Assembly: GCA_048938105.1 (NCBI GenBank)
Contig: JBHLMN010000009.1
Location: 160,001 to 224,000 of the forward strand
Direction of reading: 5' to 3'
From: Promethearchaeota archaeon
GTDB taxonomy: Archaea; Asgardarchaeota; Heimdallarchaeia; Hodarchaeales; Hodarchaeaceae
Length of the DNA stretch: 64,000 nucleotides
In this document: positions 58,724-64,000 of the stretch, piece by piece
Layout of the letters: every line of letters begins with the position of its first letter
Numbering within the stretch: position 1 is the stretch's first letter
Position numbers and translations under genes: made by a program
The notes under the pieces: model-generated
Databases searched by the model: none
Seen by the model: the letters and a program-made list of their open reading frames with translations, nothing else
What the model was told of the DNA's origin: nothing

Positions 58724-60448
58724 ATGAACTTAATGACAAAAATCATAATCGAAAAAAATATCATGGTTCCCATGCGTGATGGGGTAAAGCTCGCCACTGA
58801 CATTTATCGGCTGGAAGGCGCATCTCCAGCACCTGTGCTGGTTGTTCGCACACCATACAACAAAGACCACGTGGTCATAAATGGTGATATCTTCAATATT
58901 TTACAGGGAGTACAAAATGGTTATACGGTAGTGGCTCAGGATGTGCGGGGACGCTATGCCTCCGAAGGGATATTTAATCCGCACGTTCAAGAAACAGCTG
59001 ACGGCCTCGATGCCTTTGCTTGGGCAGCTGCTCAATCTTGGTCAAACGGTACAGTAGGCACTTTCGGAGGTTCTTATCTGGGTAGTACCCAGTGGCTTCC
59101 GGCTCGTGAACAACCTCCAACGTTACGGGCAATAACGCCATCGATCACCTTCTCCGATAGCTACGAGGGTTGCGCATACCAAGGTGGAGCTAAGGTACTC
59201 CATGATCTACGCTGGGTGGCCGTAGATATCGTTCCAACAGAAATTGAGCGACGTATAGCTCGCGGTGAGAAGCCATTAGATAGTGAGACCCCTTTGGACG
59301 TGGATATGGTACTGACTGAACTCCCACTCGCCACACATCCATTGATACAGAAGTATGCAGCTTTCTACCTTGATTGGTTGGCTCACCCAACTGCGGATGA
59401 CTTCTGGTTACCTTCATCACCCAAGGCGGGATATGAGCAAATTATTGTACCTGCTCTCAACATCAGTGGCTGGTACGATATCTTTCTCTGGAGCACCATC
59501 CAGAATTACTTGGGCATGAAGTTACGAGGTGGAACGGAAAAGGCTCGTCAGAACCAGCGATTGATCATCGGTCCTTGGAGTCATATGAACTTTAGCGGTA
59601 GCTTCCCAGAACGTGAATTTGGTTGGGGTGGTAGTAGCGCTGCCATCGATCTACCTGGTATCCATATTCGTTGGTTCGACCGTTGGTTGAAAAATGTAGA
59701 CAATAGTATAGACCAAGAGCCACCAGTGATGATTTTTGTGATGGGTGTTGACAAATGGCGCCATGAGGCTGATTGGCCGCTACCCAAAACGCAATACTGC
59801 CCTTTTTACCTGCACAGTAATGGAACAGCACATACACTTCATGGTGATGGAATACTCTCAACCGAATTACCAAGTAATGAACCATCGGACATGTACCTGT
59901 ACAACCCGCTACGCCCGGTGCCAACAGTTGGTGGACAGGTTATCTTACCTGGTGGAAATGCTATAGGACCTCGCGACCAGCGTGAAGTTGAATTGCGCGA
60001 CGACGTTCTAGTGTATAGCACTCCGGTCTTGGAGCAAGCTGTCGAAGTAATAGGCCCAATCGAGTTGTGGCTATTCGTGTCATCTTCAGCACCTGATACA
60101 GACTTTACGGGTAAGTTGGTAGATGTCTACCCGGATGGACGGGCAATAATCCTGACTGAGGGCATCTTACGAGCGCGTTATCGCAATTCATTCATCGAGC
60201 CTGAACTTCTTGAACCGAATAAAGTACATAAACTCCGACTAAACCTGTGGGCCACGGCAAATGTGTTTCTACCTGGTCATTGTATCCGACTGGAGGTTTC
60301 GAGCAGTAATTTTCCACGTTTTGACCGTAACAGCAACACAGGTGGGGTTATCGCCAGTGAAAGCAGCGATCAATATCAACCGGCGATCAATCGCATTTTT
60401 CATGACGCCACGCATCCGTCTCATCTACTTCTTCCCCTAATCGTTTGA
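58724..60448 (+). CDS. CocE/NonD family serine hydrolase (peptidase S15)
   Basis: VPMRDGVKLATD, RTPY, QDVRGR, GGSYLG, GWYD, IGPWSH, SSNFPRFDRN; visibly higher GC than flanks. Confidence 0.93.
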   Translation: MNLMTKIIIEKNIMVPMRDGVKLATDIYRLEGASPAPVLVVRTPYNKDHVVINGDIFNILQGVQNGYTVVAQDVRGRYASEGIFNPHVQETADGLDAFAWAAAQSWSNGTVGTFGGSYLGSTQWLPAREQPPTLRAITPSITFSDSYEGCAYQGGAKVLHDLRWVAVDIVPTEIERRIARGEKPLDSETPLDVDMVLTELPLATHPLIQKYAAFYLDWLAHPTADDFWLPSSPKAGYEQIIVPALNISGWYDIFLWSTIQNYLGMKLRGGTEKARQNQRLIIGPWSHMNFSGSFPEREFGWGGSSAAIDLPGIHIRWFDRWLKNVDNSIDQEPPVMIFVMGVDKWRHEADWPLPKTQYCPFYLHSNGTAHTLHGDGILSTELPSNEPSDMYLYNPLRPVPTVGGQVILPGGNAIGPRDQREVELRDDVLVYSTPVLEQAVEVIGPIELWLFVSSSAPDTDFTGKLVDVYPDGRAIILTEGILRARYRNSFIEPELLEPNKVHKLRLNLWATANVFLPGHCIRLEVSSSNFPRFDRNSNTGGVIASESSDQYQPAINRIFHDATHPSHLLLPLIV

Positions 60449-60487
60449 TAAGGATTATTAAAAGATTGAATCTATCGAGTTAAGCAT

Positions 60488-60622
60488 ATGATGAAAATGA
60501 GTTCCAATGTAAAATGTGTCAGCTTTCTTGTATTAGCCATACTGGTCATTTCTACTCAGAATATAGTCATAAAATGGATTGGTGGATCAGTTCCCGTCTT
60601 ACGACTAGAAAATCAGCTATAA
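60488..60622 (+). pseudogene. Possible 5' stub of an EamA/DMT transporter
   Basis: MSSNVKCVSFLVLAILVISTQNIVIKWIGGSVPVL resembles the first DMT helix and loop; stops after 44 codons. Confidence 0.45.
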
Positions 60623-61536
60623 TCCATTCCTGTTTGACCATAAAGCTCCTGAAGAGGGGTGGGTAAGTTATCGTTGGATGAGATCGGTTCATCATTCCAA
60701 ATGAGTTTTACAGCGTCATCTATGAGTAATTTTTTTAAATTCCAACACTCTTTTAACGGAGATATATCTAATTCAGGTAATTTATTCTTTGATAACATTA
60801 AAGTGTGTAATTGGGGGCATGATCTCAGAGGGGAAATGTCTAGTGAGCTTAACTTGTTATCTCGTAATTCTAATGATTCAAGATTCAAACAATTACTTAG
60901 AGGAGTAAGGTTGATGTTGGTTAACTTATTCTTATTTAATTCAATTATCCTTAAGTATTTAAGTCCGTTTAAGGGTGAGAGCTCGCATGATGATAATTTA
61001 TTATCTCTCAATCCTAGAAGTTCTAAGTTATGGCAAGAACTCAAAGGAGATAGATCAATTCTTGAGAGTTTATTGATAGAAAGTGATAAAACACGTAATC
61101 CTATACAAGAACTCAAGGGAGTAAGGTCAACGTTCAGAAATTTATTTCCAAATAAATGTAACTCTTTAAGTGCATTGTGGTCTTTCAAAGGTGCGAGATC
61201 TATATTCAATAGTCTATTCTTTTGCAATGAGAGAGTTTCAAGTTTTTTACATTCTTCTATTGGGGAAAGATCGATTTCTGAAATAGAATTAAACTGTAAT
61301 TCCAATCGTTTTAGTTCATTACTAAATGTGGGAAGCAAAATATTTTCGATTTTATTATGGCTGATACATAAAGTTTCTAGATTCAGACATCGGTTTAAGG
61401 ATGATAGATCAATAGCTTTTAAACGCTGATTTCCTTTTTTAGGACCTCTAAGATTGATTGTTTTAGTGATGTGATCAATATATGTTTCCCAAGGTGATCC
61501 ATCTAGAAAAATTCCTTTGATTTTAACTTTAGACAT
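60613..61536 (-). CDS. Leucine-rich repeat protein (22-aa repeats)
   Basis: About 10 repeats of LxxLxLxxNxLxxIDLSPLxxCxx. Confidence 0.9.
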   Translation of the reverse strand: MSKVKIKGIFLDGSPWETYIDHITKTINLRGPKKGNQRLKAIDLSSLNRCLNLETLCISHNKIENILLPTFSNELKRLELQFNSISEIDLSPIEECKKLETLSLQKNRLLNIDLAPLKDHNALKELHLFGNKFLNVDLTPLSSCIGLRVLSLSINKLSRIDLSPLSSCHNLELLGLRDNKLSSCELSPLNGLKYLRIIELNKNKLTNINLTPLSNCLNLESLELRDNKLSSLDISPLRSCPQLHTLMLSKNKLPELDISPLKECWNLKKLLIDDAVKLIWNDEPISSNDNLPTPLQELYGQTGMDYS

Positions 61537-61651
61537 TAATCATTTCCTCTGACTTGATTCGATGGCATCAGTTTCAGTAATAAAAGGGTTGGTAACTGTT
61601 CACATTTTTCTAGGAAAATATCGGTTTTTAAATCCTTTCATGAGCCCATTA

Positions 61652-61683
61652 AGATGCGGGTTCGAGTCCTGCCCGGGCCGTCA
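61652..61683 (+). tRNA. Isolated tRNA 3' fragment (T-arm plus acceptor 3' strand); possible att site or relic
   Basis: gcggg-TTCGAGT-cctgc T stem-loop, then ccgggcc, G, tca; no D-arm, anticodon arm or 5' acceptor strand upstream. Confidence 0.7.
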
Positions 61684-62220
61684 ACCTTGGTTATTCTTCT
61701 TCATTTGTTGTTTCTTTATGCTTCTCAAGTAGTTCACGGATTTTTTTCAATGAAAAATCCGAACCACATGCTTCATCAATGATTTGTTTGTTTTCGTCGA
61801 CCATACAAACTTCACTCTCCCCAATAGACATTTAAGATCTTTCTTTTATATAAGTCGCACGGTTACAACTTATGATCGAACCACTTTTGATGTTCAAGCT
61901 ATTGTGAAATATTAAAAATTTCGTTAAATGGAAAAAGGAGAACATACTTTTAAAAATTCTTTAAAACAGATCTGATATAACCAACGTTAAATGAAATCAT
62001 ATATAGGAACATGTATAGCTTTCTTAACGTATCCAAAGTGTAATGTAAAATTAATGTCTTATCAAGAAAAACGGATCAAGTCAATAAATGTCAAGGTATC
62101 TCGCTTTTTTAAGCTCCAATAATTAATATTAATTAGAAGCGATCCTTGTTAATCTTAATCAGGTTGCTTAGAAAGAATACCAACAATGTAATCCTAGAGT
62201 AAAGTAAAATTCTTTAACCT

Positions 62221-62652
62221 TTATTTGAGGGCTTTATCATTTGCTTCTGAAAGATGTTGTTGGCAAATTTTCCAACTTACATCACGTTTTTCCAGAATAC
62301 CAGTCCATCGAATATTTTTTGATCCCCAAGGTTTTCCATCAAATTCTCCTTCATCATCTACTATTGCAGAGAACCAAGCAACATCTTTATTTTGCGAGAT
62401 TACAATTTTAAGGTTTCTTATTTCAAATCCTTTAGCGATATTACGTGGATCCATCCATCCCTCTAAAAATTTCTCAAATTCGTTCCAGCCTGTAGCTGTA
62501 CTCTTAGAGTCTGGAAAATATGAAAAAAAATCATCGTCTTGTGCAAAGATACTTTCAAAGAGCGCACGATCTTTTGTCAAAGCCCAACCAAAAGCATCGT
62601 GGAGTATTCTGCTAATCTCCTGCTTAATTTTAGTTTCATTTAACGAGGACAT
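62221..62652 (-). CDS. NTF2/SnoaL-like protein
   Basis: DVAWFS, RWTGILEKRDVSWKICQQHLS; start set at ATG 62652. Confidence 0.85.
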   Translation of the reverse strand: MSSLNETKIKQEISRILHDAFGWALTKDRALFESIFAQDDDFFSYFPDSKSTATGWNEFEKFLEGWMDPRNIAKGFEIRNLKIVISQNKDVAWFSAIVDDEGEFDGKPWGSKNIRWTGILEKRDVSWKICQQHLSEANDKALK

Positions 62653-62821
62653 ATTAAGTTCAACAAATTTGTCATGATTTGAAAATAAATATACATTATT
62701 TGATTGTGGCATTCAGTCTACTCATAATCCGATATTATTTTGATCCAGTTTTCTGATTTGAGTTCTCTCTCAACTCGAAGTTAAAACACCACTGAATTAT
62801 AAATATATATGTGAGACTATG

Positions 62822-63874
62822 TTATCGTCTCCTCTCTGTTAGAGCTTTTAGCCGGTCATATGCATCAGAGCTCTTTGAAAATGGGCATACCTTCACACAC
62901 ACTGAGCACCCAAAATATTGTGCAAAGTATTCGAAACATTTCTCTTGCGAGATATTGGTGACTCGGCCAGAATAATGTAGGATGGAGTCTCTTAGTATTG
63001 CTTTTGGGGGGCACTGCTTGATGCAGATCCCGCAAATGTTACAGTAATCTGCAATCCATTCATGGTCGTTTGAATCCGCGAATGGGAGATTCTTAATGCT
63101 CGTATAGACAGCTGCTAACCTCACTCTAGGGCCAAAATCCCGCGTTATCAGGAGCCCATGTTTCCCAACCCAACCAATTCCAGCTTTCTGAGCTAGAGGA
63201 GGAAATAGGCTCAATCCTCCAAGTGGATGATCTGCCTGAGCTGCATAGCCCTGGTCTCTGAGAAACTCTGCAAGTCTGTTGGCTGCTTTTCCCAAATCGT
63301 CATAGGTTCCGAACACCATATTCAAGGTTGCTTGGCTTGGCGCTTTGTCGATTTTCTCTTTACTCATTTCCATTGCGAGAATGATGGCATTATCATAGAG
63401 AACTCCATAGTGGTGAAAGATGAGATCTTGTGGTAACTTCACGAATCCAACTTGGCTTACCCCTAAACTTCGGGAGTAGTCCTGAAGCTGCTCCAAAAAC
63501 TCCTGAGGAACGTCTGAATTTGGATCCAGTGGATTTTCTTGAATTGAATCGACAGAGAGATGAATGTTTCTCAATATTGAAAGAAGGCGTCTAATGGGAA
63601 ATATGTGCCTCATTTCGATATCATCTCGCTCTTGAAAGAGACTCAACATCTCCAGAGGTATCTCGAACCTAGTCGGAGAATTTGATGTCGAATGAAGAAT
63701 CCCAGACATCTCAAGTAGCGATCTCTGCTTCGCAATCATTCGTGTGACTCTTGGTATACCGAATCTCATGACGAACATTTTCGTGAACATGTGCTTTATT
63801 CTTATTTTCATCTTCTCACAAACTAGATTCATCCATTGTTTATTAAAATTCACCCAGATTATGTTATATAACAA
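62822..63874 (-). CDS. Reductive dehalogenase/QueG-like cobalamin 2x[4Fe-4S] protein; true start probably downstream of 63874
   Basis: NAIILAMEM, LAEFLRDQGY, LAQKAGIGWVGKHGLLITRDFGPRVRL, CNICGICIKQCP, CSVCVKVCPF. Confidence 0.8.
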   Translation of the reverse strand: MLYNIIWVNFNKQWMNLVCEKMKIRIKHMFTKMFVMRFGIPRVTRMIAKQRSLLEMSGILHSTSNSPTRFEIPLEMLSLFQERDDIEMRHIFPIRRLLSILRNIHLSVDSIQENPLDPNSDVPQEFLEQLQDYSRSLGVSQVGFVKLPQDLIFHHYGVLYDNAIILAMEMSKEKIDKAPSQATLNMVFGTYDDLGKAANRLAEFLRDQGYAAQADHPLGGLSLFPPLAQKAGIGWVGKHGLLITRDFGPRVRLAAVYTSIKNLPFADSNDHEWIADYCNICGICIKQCPPKAILRDSILHYSGRVTNISQEKCFEYFAQYFGCSVCVKVCPFSKSSDAYDRLKALTERRR

Positions 63875-64000
63875 ATACCAATATCTAATTGTGGAGTATT
63901 TTGCTAAGTGCCTATATTGCTAGATAAACTCAATGCTAGGTTCATGATTTATATAAAACTAGTTGGTTATTCAATGAAGAACTATCCAATGATATCTGTA

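Noticed and set aside
60659-61429. 256-aa plus-strand ORF antisense to the LRR gene
   Set aside because: Shadow of the repetitive Leu/Asn-rich LRR codons; no RBS or recognisable motifs
61690-61832. Short minus-strand reading frame broken in an A-run (MSIGESEVC..)
   Set aside because: Too short and unrecognisable to call a gene or programmed frameshift
62225-62677. 150-aa ORF antisense to the SnoaL-like gene
   Set aside because: Fully overlaps a gene with clear family motifs; typical antisense shadow
2978-63436. Numerous 60-135 aa ORFs nested in or antisense to longer genes (e.g. 3944-4255, 12402-12809, 54978-55604, 59190-60021)
   Set aside because: No motifs; explained by codon bias of the real genes
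1-64000. CRISPR arrays, IS elements, integrases, rRNA and intact tRNA genes
   Set aside because: No regularly spaced repeats, terminal inverted repeats with transposase, or extended GC-rich structural RNA seen by eye

Overview
AT-rich, gene-dense archaeal chromosomal segment, most likely from an Asgard archaeon (Heimdallarchaeia/Hodarchaeales-like; inference). Supporting signs are a Rab-like small GTPase, an AN1 zinc finger, a 22-aa LRR protein, a single-OB SSB, TATA-type promoters and GGTGA/GGAGA ribosome-binding sites, mixed with many bacterial-type metabolic genes. About 52 intact CDS, four decayed gene remnants and one tRNA 3' fragment are supported. I saw no rRNA, intact tRNA, CRISPR array, integrase or transposase. 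Best candidates for undescribed biology: (1) a tungsten aldehyde:ferredoxin oxidoreductase fused to 3-hexulose-6-phosphate synthase, coupled to a MoaD/SAMP gene and convergent with a tandem two-domain 6-phospho-3-hexuloisomerase, which suggests a formaldehyde-channelling RuMP module. (2) Two giant hendecad (11-residue) coiled-coil proteins. One is a 1538-aa TrmB wHTH-rod-effector protein with a Gly-rich motif at the rod midpoint. The other is a 721-aa rod of about 57 in-register hendecads, encoded directly behind a STAND-like ATPase with SNAP/TPR-like repeats. (3) A HypD glycyl radical enzyme co-oriented with an MFS transporter and a GH2 furanosidase-type glycosidase. (4) A degenerate Rab-like half-domain and a possible gelsolin-like gene beside a Rab-like GTPase. 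(5) A possible structured RNA leader upstream of ssb. All family calls come from motif recognition by eye; no searches were run.
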